64,000 bases of DNA from Antechinus flavipes (taxonomy: Eukaryota): NCBI RefSeq assembly GCF_016432865.1, contig NC_067401.1, positions 38,750,001-38,814,000 of the forward strand, written 5' to 3'. The notes below the pieces were generated by a model. The model did not search any database. It had not been told where the DNA came from and saw only the letters and a program-made list of their open reading frames with translations. Shown here piece after piece: positions 43,284 to 55,565 of this stretch. Position numbers and translations under genes: made by a program. The first letter of the stretch is position 1. Every line of letters begins with the position of its first letter.

Positions 43284-46200
43284 GTACGTATTTTTGTGTA
43301 TATGCACATATACATGCAAAGTTTTAGAAACTGACATATTTCATTAACCTGAAGTAAAAAAAAAAAAATGAAACTTTTTAAACTTAACTTATCATATTTC
43401 AACTGGAACATGAGTCTTTGCCAACCAACTGCATTTCCAGTAGCAAAGAAATACGTTCCTTTTTGTATTGCAATTTTGCCATTAGCGGCAAGTCTTTAGA
43501 CTGAGATACCAATTCATCTATCCTTTTCTAAGAGCTCTTATTGATCTAAAGAGAAAACTAGTGGATTTTTTTTTTTTTTTTTTTTGCTGAGTCAGTTGGG
43601 GTTAAGTGACTTGCCCAAGATCACATCAGCTAGAAAGTGTTAAGTGTCTGAGACCAGATTTAAACTCATTTCCTCCTGACTTTAGGGCTGGTGCTCTATC
43701 TACTATGCCACCTAGCAGCCCTTAGTGGATTCTTTTTTAAAAAATAAATTTTAATTGATTTTTTTTAATTTATCATATTTCAATTGGAACATGAATCTTT
43801 GCCAATCAACTGCATTTCCAGTAGCAAAGAAATATGTTCCTTTTTGTATTGCAACTTTGCCATTAGCGGCAAGTCTGTAGACTGCGATACCAATTCATCT
43901 GTCCTTTTCTAAGAGCTTTATTGATCTAAAGAGAGAACTAGTGGATTTTTTTTTTCTTTTTTTGCTGAGTCAGTTGGGGTTAAGTGACTTGCCCAAGATC
44001 ATACCAGCTAGGAAGTGTTAAGTGTCTGAGACCAGATTTAAACTCATATCCTCCAGACTTCAGGGCTGGTGCTCTTATCTACTGTGCCATCTAGCCGCCC
44101 TTAGTGGATTCTTTTTTAAAAAATAAATTTTTATTGATTTTTTTTTTTAACATCAGCATAATTTCCCCCATATGCCTGCCCTCCCAGAGAGCTAGCCCAT
44201 ACAACAAATGATAATTTGAAGAAAAAGAGAGGGGGAAAACCAGCATAACTGCTCAGTGCATTTTAAAAAAAAAGAAGTCTGAAAATATGTGCATTGTATT
44301 ATCCTGCGCCTGCCAGCTCTTCTTTGTAATTTTGCAACATTCTCTTTTGAATTTTTTTGTGTTTGGTTTTTTCCATTTATATTGTTCTTTGGGTATGTTA
44401 TTTCCTTGGCTCTGCTTATTTCACTCTGAAGTAATTCATGTAGATCTTTCCATGCTTCTCTGTATTCATCACACATAATTTTTAAAAGCATAGCAAAATT
44501 CCTTTACATTCATATGCTACCATTTGATTAGCCATTTCCCAGTTGATGAGTACATACTTTGTTTTGAATTCTCTACTACAATGCAAAAAATGCTACTATA
44601 AATATTTTGGTGTATGTGAGAAATTTTTTTTTTTTTTTATTACCAGTGACCTCCTTGGGATATAAGCCTAATACTAGAGTCGCTGGGTCAAAGGGTATGA
44701 ACTCTTTATTTGCATATTCCTACATTGTTTTCTAAAACAGTTGTACTGGTTCATAGCTCCACCAATAATCCACCAGGGTCCTATCTTTCCATATCCCAGA
44801 TTAGATATCCTCATCTTTTTTCATCTTTTCCAGTATGTTGGATAGAAGATAAAACCTCAGGGTTATTTTGATTTGCATCTCTTATTATTAGAGATTTGGA
44901 GCATTTTTCTATGTTATTGTTAATAATTTTCAATCTGTCTTTTGAGAAATGTTTTGTTTATATCCTTTGACTACTTTTGAGGAATAGCTTTTGGTCTTAT
45001 ATCTGTTACTGTATATGTGTAAATATAAATACCCTATTCTTTTATATATGTATCTTCCTATTCAGCCTTGAGAGATCAATTTCTTCTCATTCATACCATC
45101 CCCACTAATGGACTGTGTTTCAGGGTTTAAATGTATTGCAAAAAATTGGTGGAATAAAAAGTCTTGAATCTGAACAGAATATCCAGGGTAATTCTGGATT
45201 CCTTCTCCTTTTGGAGATAGTTTAGAATCAGAAAACTCTCTAAAACTCAATACACCTTCCTTGTAAGAAAGGCCAGGGATCCTTTCCTGTTTTGATGTCT
45301 GTGAAGTAACAGTCTTCAAAGCTATCCTGTCTGCTAGTCACATCTTCTGTAATCTTTTAAGTTCCCATTCAGATAGCACCTTCATTTGTTGCTATTATTG
45401 GGTTTCTTTGTCTTTTTTCTTTCTGGGATCTTATAGTTTTTGACAGTCAGATGTTTGCCATAGAAGTCAGGGAGCACAAAGGTATTATATGAGCTTTCAG
45501 CATTGGGATTTATCTGATGGTCATTTTATAGAAGAACGTCTGACATTCGTTGGGGAAGATGATATTGAGGTAGAAATGCGGGTACCCCAGGAGGCTGTGA
45601 AGCTGATTATTGGCCGACAAGGAGCCAATATTAAACAAGTAAGTATGTTGACTTTTGTGTTCATTGATTTTTTTTCCCCTCCCCTCCAATATCATATATA
45701 CATACAGAAAATAAGTTGCCTTTAGAGAAAAACACTTTTGGCAAGCTAAATTGCTTCCCTTCGATGACTGATGGCTTTCATTCTAGCCATTATTTCATAA
45801 TGTAAGGCGCTTATATTTAAGAAAGTGACTAAATTACTCAAAAATTTACTTTATAGATAATTTACCATAAACATTAAGTTTTAGATTAGATGATTTTCTT
45901 TGCTACTCAGCATATATCTAATAGTTACCTTCCTCATTTGTCAATTAAAAAAAATTAGAAAAGCAACTTCCCATCTCCTTAATCCAAGTAATTATTAGAA
46001 AAATAAAACTGCAAGCAATTTGATATAGGTTATTCAATGTAGTCATGCAAAACATTTTATATTAATCATGTTGTCAAAGACAATACAGACCTCCCACCCC
46101 AAAAAAATTTAAAAACAAGAAAAATAAAACTTTGTAAAAATATTTGCTTTGATTTGCATTCAGCATCCCTCGGTTCTTTCTTAGAAGTGGATTGCATTTT

Positions 46201-49200
46201 TCATCATGAGTCCTTCAGACCTGTCTTGCTGAGAATAGCTAAGTCATTCACAGTTGATTATCATACAATACTAAATATGCTTCTCCTGGTTCTGTTCACT
46301 TCACTTTGCGTCAATTCATAGCAGTCTTCCCAGGTTTTTCTGAAATCATTCTCATCATTACTTGTTGCATAATAATATTCCATTACAATCTTATACCATG
46401 ACTTATTCAGCTAGTTCCTTGATACCACAGGATAAATATTTTTGTACATATAGGTTATTTAAAAAAAAAAAAAAAAAAGAGGATACAATCCTAGTAGTAG
46501 TATTGCTGAGTCAAAGAGTATGCATAGCATAGTTTTTTGGGTATAGTTCCAAATTGCTCTCCAGAAATAGTTGTATCAGTTCACAAACTTCCACCACCTG
46601 TGCTTTAATGTCCCAATTTCCCCTCCAATATTTATCAGTTTACTTTTTTTTTTTTTTTGACAGAGCCCATGCCTGGGTAATTAGAAAAGAAAAAAAATCA
46701 TTTTACTTTTTTTTTGTTATGTTAGCCAATCTGATAGATAGGAATTGGTACCTCAGAGATTTTTAAATTTGCATTTCTCTAGTTGGTACTGATTTGAAGT
46801 ATTTTTTTCACATGACTATAGATAGCTTTGATTTCTTCATCTGAAAACTACCTGTTCACATTCTGTGACTATTTGTCAGTTTGGGAATGACTTGTGATTC
46901 TTAAAAATTTGATCCAGTTCTTTATAATTTGAGAAATGAGGTTTTTGTTAGAGAAACTGGCTATAAATTTCCCCCCCAATTTTCTGCTTATTTTCTAGTC
47001 TAGGCTTTTTGGTTTTGTGCAAAACCTTTTTAATTTAATGTAATCAAAATTATCCATTTTATAACTTATGTTTTCTATCTTGTGTGGTTATAAATTCTTT
47101 CATTATATATAGATCTGATAGGCAAACTATTCCATGCTCCCCCTTAATTTGCTTATACTCACACCCTTGTATTTAAATCATGGACTCATTTTAACTTTAT
47201 CTTAGTATGTGGTATGAGGTGTTGGTCTATATTTAATTTCTGTAGAAGTGCTTTCTACTTTTCCCAGAAATTTTTGTCAGATTATAAGTTCTTTCCTAAA
47301 AGCTTGGATCATAATTACTATAGTCATTTACTACTATGTAAAAATCTATTTCACTGATCTACCAATATTTCTTAGCCAGTGCCAGATTGTTTTGATTATT
47401 GCAATCTTATATAGTTTTAGAACTGATAATAGCTAACTTCTTTTTCAAGTTTTTTCTATTGATTCCCTTGTTATTTGACCTTTTGTTCTTCTAGATGAGT
47501 GTTGTATTTTTTTCTAAGATATTTTTTCTTGGGTATGATACTGAATTAATTTAGATAGAATTGTCATTTTTATTATGTTGGTTCAACCTGTCCATGAGCA
47601 GTTAAATATATTTCCAGTCGTTAAGATTTGATTTTTTTTTTTTGTGTGTGTGTGTGTGTGTGTGTATGAAAAGTGTTTTGTGATTGTGCCACCCATCTAT
47701 CTTGTCAGGAAGACTTCCATGCATTTTTTATTGCCTACAGTTATTTTAAAAGGAATTTTTTTTTCCTATCTCTTGGTGCTAGACTTTGTTGGTAATGTAG
47801 TATATATCATTCAACTTTGCTGCTTTATTATTTTAACTAGTTTTTTGTTGGTTTTCTGGAATTCTCCAAGTGTACCATAATATCATCTGCAAAAAAAGGA
47901 TAGTTAAGTTTCTTCGTTGCCAATTCCAATTCTTTGCATTTCTTTTTCTTTTCTAATTGCTATAGGTATCATTTCTAGTATAATATTAAATAATAGTGAT
48001 AATATATGAGCATCCTTTCATCATCCTGACCTTATTGGGAAAGCTTCTAGCTTATCTCTGTTACAAAAAATGCTGATAACACAAGTCATTTTAGAAAGTT
48101 TTCATTTCCTAAAATATTTAGGTAATTGATTTGTGATTAAAAATAATGAAAATGGTCAAAGAATATGAAGTTTAGCTTGAGTCCAAGCTAAAAATAACCA
48201 CATGAAAAAATACTCTAAAATTCTAACAATTAGAGAAATACAAATTAAAACAACTACGACGTTTTTAACTTCATACCTATCAGATTGGCAAAATTGACAC
48301 AAAAGAAAGCAAGATACTAGGACGATTTTGGGGTAAACAAACAGTACATTAATGTACTGTTGGTAAAATTGTAAACTGATTCAACCATGCTGAAAAGCAA
48401 TTCAGAACTCTGCCCAAAAAGATTTTAAACTGTGCATATCCTTTGACCCAGAGAATGAAGAAAGGAAAAGGACTCATGTTCAAAAATATTTATAACAGCA
48501 TTTTTTGGTGGTGGCAAAGAATTGAAAACTGATGGAATTGGAAGTTGATGGAGATGCCTATCAATTAGAATGGCTGAACAAATTATGATATATGATTGTA
48601 ATGGAATACTGTTGTGCTTCAAGAAATGCTAAAGGGAGTGGTTCAGAGAAACCTGGGAAGACTTGTATGAACTGATGAGATGTAAAGTGAGTTAAAAAGA
48701 ACATTTAATAACAATATTGTAAAGACAAATAACTTTGAAAAACTTAAAAACTCCAGCCAGAATGATGACCAACCAATTATTCCAGAGATTTAGTGATGAA
48801 ACATGCTCCTGATAATTTGTGAAGGACTCAAGTACAGATTGAAACTTTTTGGTTTTTTGACATGACCAAAGGATGATTTGTGGGAAGGATGGTTTGTTCA
48901 GCTATACATGTTTGTGACAATTTTGTGGGGAGGTCAAGGGAAGTGGAGAGAATTATAGACTGCTGAAAATAAAGTAAAACTAACTTTAAAAAAAAATCTT
49001 TTTGAAGGTTAAAAAAAAGTATCACAAATCTTAATATTTTTAAATTGATTGTTTTTATAATTGTTTGCCATTATCTATTCATTGCCTGTTAATGCAGGTA
49101 AGGTAAGGATTGATTGCATTTCCAATTAGGACCTGGATCAGGGAGTTGGCTACTTAGCCCTTTTCTTTACTTCCATCTCCCTAGAGCACCCATAGTTCCA

Positions 49201-52200
49201 TTTAAAGAATCAGTTCTCGAAGTCTCTAGTTAAAAGAAATTTTTGTCAATAGATTTTTTTTTTCCTTCTTCCCATGACCTATTTTAAAAAAAGAGAAGAA
49301 AAGAAAAACCAAAGTCCTCACAACAAATATGGCAAGGAAAACTAATTCCCACTTTGGCCATGTCCAACAACATATGTCTTATTTTCTCCCTAAGCCCTGC
49401 CATATTCATAGATGTACACACTTTCCCTTTTTTTCCTCCTTTCCTCTCTGAAGCTAAGGAAACAGACTGGTGCTCGAATTGATGTGGACACAGAAGATGT
49501 AGGTGAAGAACGAGTGCTGCTCATCAGTGGCTTTCCTGTCCAGGTTTGCAAAGCCAAAGCAGCAATCCACCAGATTCTGACGGAGAACACCCCAGTGTAT
49601 GAACAGCTTTCAGTACCTCAGAGATCTGTGGGCAGAATTATAGGTACTGTTGTCTCCCTTTAATGCTGCTTTATTTCCTTATCTTCTTAAGTGTTTTTCT
49701 TGGTCACTGTCATCTCCATTAGGTGAGATATCCAAAAGATGACCACAATTTTTACCCAATTTGTCTCAAATATAATCCCAAAATACCAATTAAGTTCAAA
49801 AAAGATTTAGAGAAAACTATGGGTGGTAGATTCACAAAGGATTAAAAAGTGGACTGCTCCTCTCTTTAACCTTTTGAAGATAGAATACATACTTTCTCAT
49901 AAAATATTAGCCCTTTACTATAAGGTTTTAAAATTTTATAGCACTTAATAGTATTTAGAATGCTTTTGATAAGCTGATTTTCTATGTACCTCATAACTCT
50001 TCTGTTTAAGTAGGCAGGGCAGGTACTATCCCTGGCTTACAGATGAGCAAACAGACTCAACACTGGCATTTCTAAGGTCATAAAGTTACCATTCCCCCCC
50101 TTCCCCAAAGCCAGGATTAGAACCAATTCTTCTTAACTTGGTTAATGCCCTTTTTCTCTAACTTACTCTAGTAGAGTATTCTGGTTTATTTTAGGACTGA
50201 AAAGTGAAGCCTCCTTGAATGATTTAAAAAAATAGATATATTTAGAATGAAGGAATTAAAACCACCTGAAATTTTTTAAAGAAAAAAAAAAACATTTCTT
50301 AGAGGCTATATTGCCAGGAAAGATTTCAGGAACTATTTTGTTCAGGCATTTATTAAGAACCTAGTATTTGGCTCAGTTTGGAAATGAAAATTTATTCTTA
50401 CTTCCACTGATTTTTCTAGTTGCTGCAAAGTAGTGGCAAGCAGAATTTGTCTATATATCTTTCTGCAGGGAGGGGTGGGGAAACCATTCGTGCCATCTGC
50501 AAGAGTTCTGGGGCCAAAATTACCTGTGACAAGGAATCAGAAGGGACATTGCTACTAACACGACTCATAAAGATTTCAGGAACACAGAAGGAAGTGGCAG
50601 CAGCCAAGGTGAATATTGAATAAAGCTGAGCGTGCATGTGTTTGTGTGCAAAATCTAAATGAGAAAATCCCCTTCTTTCATGACTTGAGGATCTGAGATG
50701 ATTTTTTTCTGTCAAGCATCTTATTCTAGAAAAAGTGTCCGAAGATGAAGAGCTTCGGAAGAGGATTGCTCATTCGGCAGAATCCAGAGTACAGCGCAAA
50801 CAGCCCATCAGTGTCAAGAGAGAAGAAGTGGCAGGGCCTGGAGGAGCTGGGGAGCCAGCCTTTCCTAAGGACATGAGCACTGGCAAGAAACTGGCCCCAT
50901 CACTGGCTGCCAATCCTAGCCGAGGAGGAGGAGATACAGCTGGTTTGAGACCAGAACGGGTGGAACATTCCCATGAAAAAAAGCTCAGTGACAACAGCCA
51001 CCAGGAGGACATGGGAGCCCAAGCCAATCCAGAGATGCCAAAATTTGAAAGTATGTTATCTCCAGTGACAGCTTGATTGTCCATGCTAATAAATGGGGGA
51101 AGACTCACTTGGATAACTGAAATATACAGATAACCGAAAGTATTTTATATTTGTCTTGGAAATGAATCATGTTTCTGAAAATAGTAAATTGCTGAGCTAA
51201 TATTTGTTCATAATTATAGCAGTTCATTTCCAAAGTACAAAGTGGTGGCAAGAAAAAGCATTAAAAATCCTGTGCTGGAAAGTCTGGCAGTCCAGGATTA
51301 AAATATTTCTTCAGATAATCCCACAACTATTTAAAGTTCCTCAAAACACTTCTCATTCAGTATGAGGTGTGATTACAGATGAACAGTTTTTCTTGTGTGG
51401 TTTGTGGAATCAGACTTGTTACTTTGTAGTCATATTTCTTTACAGCATCCCTAACAAAGGAAAGTCCCAGGTTCTGGAAGCTTTTTCTTCCACAAGTGAA
51501 AAGTTGTAGGATAGAATAGTAAATGGGAAACGAGGTATCCTAGTAGATATTAGGCTACAAATCTTGCTACCTGATGTTTTGTTCCCCATCCTGTGGGAGC
51601 TATAACAATCCCCAAAGGAGACTACGTCTGAAGGGATATAAACGTGACTAGAGATCTGAATTATATCATAGCCATGGTGTTGTAGTTGGAAAGGAACAAG
51701 TATAAAAATCCTCAATTCCATATTTGTGTTTTTGAATATTTTTAAAACTGAAAGCTATCACTCCTATTTAGCCCACTTCCGTCTTCTATTAGCCAGGGAT
51801 GTTTTTGTCATATCCACCAACCACAACTGCATAATGTGTTCAGTCCCCAGCCCTGACTTCAGTTTTCATGCTGATGAGTATCTAGAAGTCTATGTGTCTG
51901 CCTCCGAAAACCCCAACCATTTTTGGATCCAGATTATTGGCTCCCGCAGTTTACAACTGGACAAGCTGGTCAATGAGATGACCCAATACTATGAGAACAG
52001 TCAATCAGTGAGTTGCCATGTGGACCAAGGGGTTGGGGAGATAATAAGCCTTGAGGGAAATAAATATCTCCTACCTTTTCCTTTCTATGCATTTTCTTCC
52101 TTTCCCTTTGGGAACCAGTTTTCTGTGACTCATGGATATTTGTTCTTTTCTCTCACCTTTTATCTGATGCATCTATTGCCATTCCCCCCGCTTCCCTCCA

Positions 52201-53885
52201 ACTTGGACAAGTAGCCTGAAGATCTTACCGTACACGTGGGTGACATTGTAGCAGCACCTTTACCTACAGATGGACCCTGGTATCGGGCCCGTGTCCTGGG
52301 TACCCTCGAGAATGGGAATCTGGATCTCTACTTTGTTGACTTTGGAGATAATGGGGAGAGCCCACTCAAGGATTTGAGAGCTATCAGGTCAGTAGGTTCA
52401 GTCATATATATAGCTATAAAGAGGGAGGTCAGATCATATCTTAATTCTAGTTATATCTCATCCCTTTCAATTGGAGACATTGTAAAGAGCTCAATTAGGA
52501 AGTTTAAAGTGGAACCAGTTCTAAGGGGGATAGATTAGATTTGCTCATGTGTTATAGTCTTAAAGCAGAGATACAATATGACTTTTAGAAGATCTTATAA
52601 GATTCTTAATTACCTTTTTTTTTTTTAAATTATTTCAGGAGTGACTTTCTAAGCCTCCCATTCCAAGCAATAGAATGTAGTCTAGCAAGGATTGTTCCCT
52701 CAGGTAAGTTAACCATGTGATTTGGTCTCACAATAGAATGAGTTCCATATAGCACACTGGGAAATTCTCTTTATCTTGTCTGGCTACTTGATAGAACTCC
52801 CAAGAGCTCAGATCACTTCTGCAAAAAAGATAGGCTGTCTCTTGATTTTATTCCCATTCTCAGCACTGACTCCTCTGCCTCTTTCACCAGGTGAACAGTG
52901 GGAAGAGGAAGCACTAGATGAATTTGACCGTCTCACTCACTGCGCAGAGTGGAAGCCTCTGGTGGCCAAGATCTCCAGCTATGTGCAAACAGGAATTTCT
53001 ACTTGGCCAGAAATACACCTTTATGACACAAGCAATGGACAGGTAAGGCATAGAACTCAGTACCTTGGTCTTTTGACTTTGGGGATTATCCTTAATTTCC
53101 CCAAATTCCTCATCCTAGCCTTTTCCCCCCATTTTCATGACTAGCATAGAAAATAAAAAGGTATTTTAATCCTTTTGTTTTTCTCTCTTCCAGAATCTTG
53201 ACATTGGGCTAGAACTAGTACGCCAAGGTTTTGCAGTTGAACTTCCCCAAGACGTGGGAGAAGGAGATGCTGCTGTCCCTGAGATGCTGCAGGATATATT
53301 GGTGAGTGAGCTCCAGTAGTTGTAAAGGATGATACCCTTGGGGGACTCGGTTCACAGCCTAGAGTTCTGCCTCAGGCTCTGGGCTCTCCTTAGATCTGAG
53401 GCTGCTTCACCAGCCTACAAAAGGTGCTTTAGTTTTGCTCTTCCAGAGCCAAACTTGGCTGCTTCCACAGTTGACAGCGTTGAGGCAATGATGTGTTTCC
53501 TTTTCCCTCACCTCATTTACTAACACTTGTCACTTGTCTTTTTTTTACTCCTTCAGGCCACAGAGACAGATGCCTCTCTAGACAGCCTGTTGTCTGAGGC
53601 TAAGAAGAGTCCTGGAGAGACACCACACACTCTCTCATGCCTCAGTTTATCAGGTAACTGACAAATGTTTTCTACCTAGGCTCCTGAAACTCCTTGGTTG
53701 CTGCCTTCTCTCTCTTTGATCCAGAACTGGACAAGTTTGATGAGGTCCTGGCTCTGCCCAACCCAGTACTTTGGGAATAACTTATTCAAGTTGGGTGTTA
53801 CCTAATTTCCCCTTCCTGTCTTTGCTTAGAAGCTGCTTCAGTTTCTGGTGATGATGGTGTCCTTGCAGAAGACGACTTGCTCTGA
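43160..53885 (+). CDS. TDRKH: Tudor and KH domain-containing protein (TDRD2), 569 aa
   Basis: join(43160..43283,45532..45638,49454..49643,50469..50608,50717..51050,51844..52007,52215..52387,52639..52703,52891..53042,53194..53301,53557..53653,53830..53885) = 1710 nt with no internal stop. N-terminal TM segment, two KH domains (IIGRQGANIK, IIGRGGETIR) and an extended Tudor domain (WYRARV...YFVDFGDN). Confidence 0.97.
43389..44150. repeat. ~381-bp tandem duplication, each copy carrying an antisense WSINE1 with TSD
   Basis: Copies begin ttatcatatttcaa at 43389 and 43770; SINEs at about 43568-43722 and 43948-44101, each flanked by tagtggatt. Confidence 0.92.
44160..45050 (-). mobile_element. Old L1 3' fragment
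   Basis: agccatttcccagttgatg...gctactataaatattttgg...gggtcaaagggtatg in antisense. Confidence 0.7.
45532..45638 (+). CDS. TDRKH: TDRKH exon (KH1 start)
   Basis: tttatag|AA ... CAA|gtaagt, 107 bp. Confidence 0.96.
45960..48070 (-). mobile_element. L1 fragment (ORF2 C-terminal part plus 3' UTR), degraded
   Basis: T-rich antisense L1 ORF2 text (gccagtgccagattgttttgattattgcaatcttatatagttt; tatcatctgcaaa). Confidence 0.75.
48190..49020 (+). mobile_element. L1 3' fragment, sense orientation
   Basis: catgaaaaaatactctaaa...aaattaaaacaact...cctatcagattggcaaa...cctttgacccag. Confidence 0.75.
49454..49643 (+). CDS. TDRKH: TDRKH exon (KH1 end / KH2 start)
   Basis: ctgaag|CTA ... ATAG|gtactg, 190 bp. 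Confidence 0.95.
50469..50608 (+). CDS. TDRKH: TDRKH exon (KH2)
   Basis: ctgcag|GG ... AAG|gtgaat, 140 bp. Confidence 0.96.
50717..51050 (+). CDS. TDRKH: TDRKH linker exon (HLILEKVSEDEELRKR...MPKFE)
   Basis: gtcaag|CAT ... GAAA|gtatgt, 334 bp. Confidence 0.94.
51844..52007 (+). CDS. TDRKH: TDRKH exon (extended Tudor N-part)
   Basis: gttcag|TC ... TCA|gtgagt, 164 bp. Confidence 0.95.
52215..52387 (+). CDS. TDRKH: TDRKH exon (Tudor core)
   Basis: aagtag|CCT ... TCAG|gtcagt, 173 bp. Confidence 0.95.
52639..52703 (+). CDS. TDRKH: TDRKH exon (SDFLSLPFQAIECSLARIVPS)
   Basis: tttcag|G ... TCAG|gtaagt, 65 bp. Confidence 0.96.
52891..53042 (+). CDS. TDRKH: TDRKH exon (EQWEEEALDEF...DTSNGQ)
   Basis: caccag|GT ... 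CAG|gtaagg, 152 bp. Confidence 0.96.
53194..53301 (+). CDS. TDRKH: TDRKH exon (NLDIGLELVRQGFAVELP...QDIL)
   Basis: ttccag|AAT ... TTG|gtgagt, 108 bp. Confidence 0.94.
53557..53653 (+). CDS. TDRKH: TDRKH exon (ATETDASL...SCLSLS)
   Basis: cttcag|GCC ... TCAG|gtaact, 97 bp. Confidence 0.94.
53830..53885 (+). CDS. TDRKH: TDRKH terminal coding exon (EAASVSGDDGVLAEDDLL*)
   Basis: gcttag|AA ... TGA at 53883-53885. Confidence 0.92.
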
Positions 53886-54826
53886 TGTCTGTGTTCTGGC
53901 TGGCTCAGCCATCTGCCTGCTGTGTGAGTGGGGCTCTGATTTGTGTCTTATGGAGCAGGAAAACGGTGAGGGGTGAAGATGGGGAGCTGCTGCATTCTCT
54001 CTTCCTTCTCCCTGATCCTTTTCTGTGGCTGTCATTTTCCAAGCTTGACTTGCTCTCATATCTTGACCCTTTCTCATATTTGTATCCATGCTTAGGAAGT
54101 TGGCAAGGTATGGCATGGGAGCCTGTGGCTGAACAGAAAATCGAATTCCACAGAAGATACCCACATTTCCTCCTTTGTGGGCTGCTTCCTGATTGGCCTG
54201 CTGTGAACCAAATACAGCTTCTTCTACTAGCAGAATGAAGAACTTTTCAGAAAAAGACTATATATGCGTGTATGTGTGTATGTGTCTATCAGAAGCTGCC
54301 TGGCTTCCTTTAGCACTGCCCACAACTACTAGCAATAAAAGTACCATCCCACTAATTCAGGATATTTGGTCGAAACTTGAGATGGGAAATATTGGTTAGG
54401 TTTCTGTTAGTTGAGAATAAGGATCATTCATTCAGAAGTCTACTTCATTTTATGAGGTGACTTACTAGAAAAATTTTTAAGTTGTGAATTGAGGAAGTTC
54501 TGAGCCCCCATGTGCTCTCACGGTTCTTTCCAACTGTGGATGAAGAGGCAGAGTATAAAGGCAACAGGGTTGAAATCAAATAGTCCAAGGAAATAAGCAG
54601 GTAATGCTCCCTTGCCAGCTTCAGGTGATATCACGCCAATTATTGAGGGCAAGATTTTTGAGAGTTGTTTTCTTTTTTGAACCTAGGCTGTTTTGCAAGT
54701 AGAAAAACAAGATCTCAGGAACATGTTATAAGATGCAATGCCTTAGGTAGGTGTAATGCCTACTATATGTATGCATATCCATATGTATGTAAAAATAGAG
54801 AACTCTGTAAGCCACTTAAGAGAATC

Positions 54827-54837
54827 ATTAAAATAAA
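54827..54837 (+). terminator. TDRKH: Candidate TDRKH polyadenylation signal (ATTAAA overlapping AATAAA); a proximal AATAAA lies at 54334-54339
   Basis: Hexamers 0.45 and 0.95 kb downstream of the stop. Confidence 0.5.
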
Positions 54838-55416
54838 GTTCTGGTTTTAAAATGACCCACAAAGATGCCAGTTGAATTAGCAGTAGACCGAGGCCTGTAG
54901 ATATAAGGAGGAACCAAGTTCTCCCTTGGTGCCTTAATTTCGTATGTATTTGAGAGGTCCCATCCAGGGAAGGGAGATGTTCCCTTAGGAGTTTTACATT
55001 CCTTAGTGGAGTGTTAAAAAGGCTCAAAATAATTGCCAGTTTGGGAACAGTGAATTTTTAAAGTGTTGGTGGTAGAAAAAGCCCCAAACTGGAAACCTGG
55101 AGAACTAGTGTTCTGGTTTTCCATCTGCTCAGTGTGACCTCAAGTAGTAATAGTTCACACATTGAACTCAGGGCTTCAATATCAAACTGACATTTATTCT
55201 CTCCTTTTCTTTGTCCAGTAAGAGGGACATTAGGAAGATCTTTCAGCTGATGAGATACAGAAAAGTTGTTTAAAAGAATACAAGTACATGAGTGCGGGGA
55301 GGTGGGGGTGGAGTGTTATAATAGAAATGAACAGTAACTTGATTTATTTTTGTTTTACAACACAAGTTCTTTATTTGCGTGTGTGTGTGTGTATCATAGA
55401 CTACCCCAACCAGAAT

Positions 55417-55565
55417 TTTTTTTTGCTGCTGCTGAGGCAATTGGGGTTAAGTGACTTGCCCAGGGTTACACAGCCAGAAATTGTTAAATATCTGAGGCCA
55501 GATTTGAATTCAGGTCCTCCTGATTTGAGAGCTGTGTTCTATCCATTACACCAACCAGCTGCCCC
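55417..55565 (-). mobile_element. WSINE1-type SINE
   Basis: Antisense copy with 8-bp TSD accagaat (55409-55416, 55566-55573). Confidence 0.8.
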
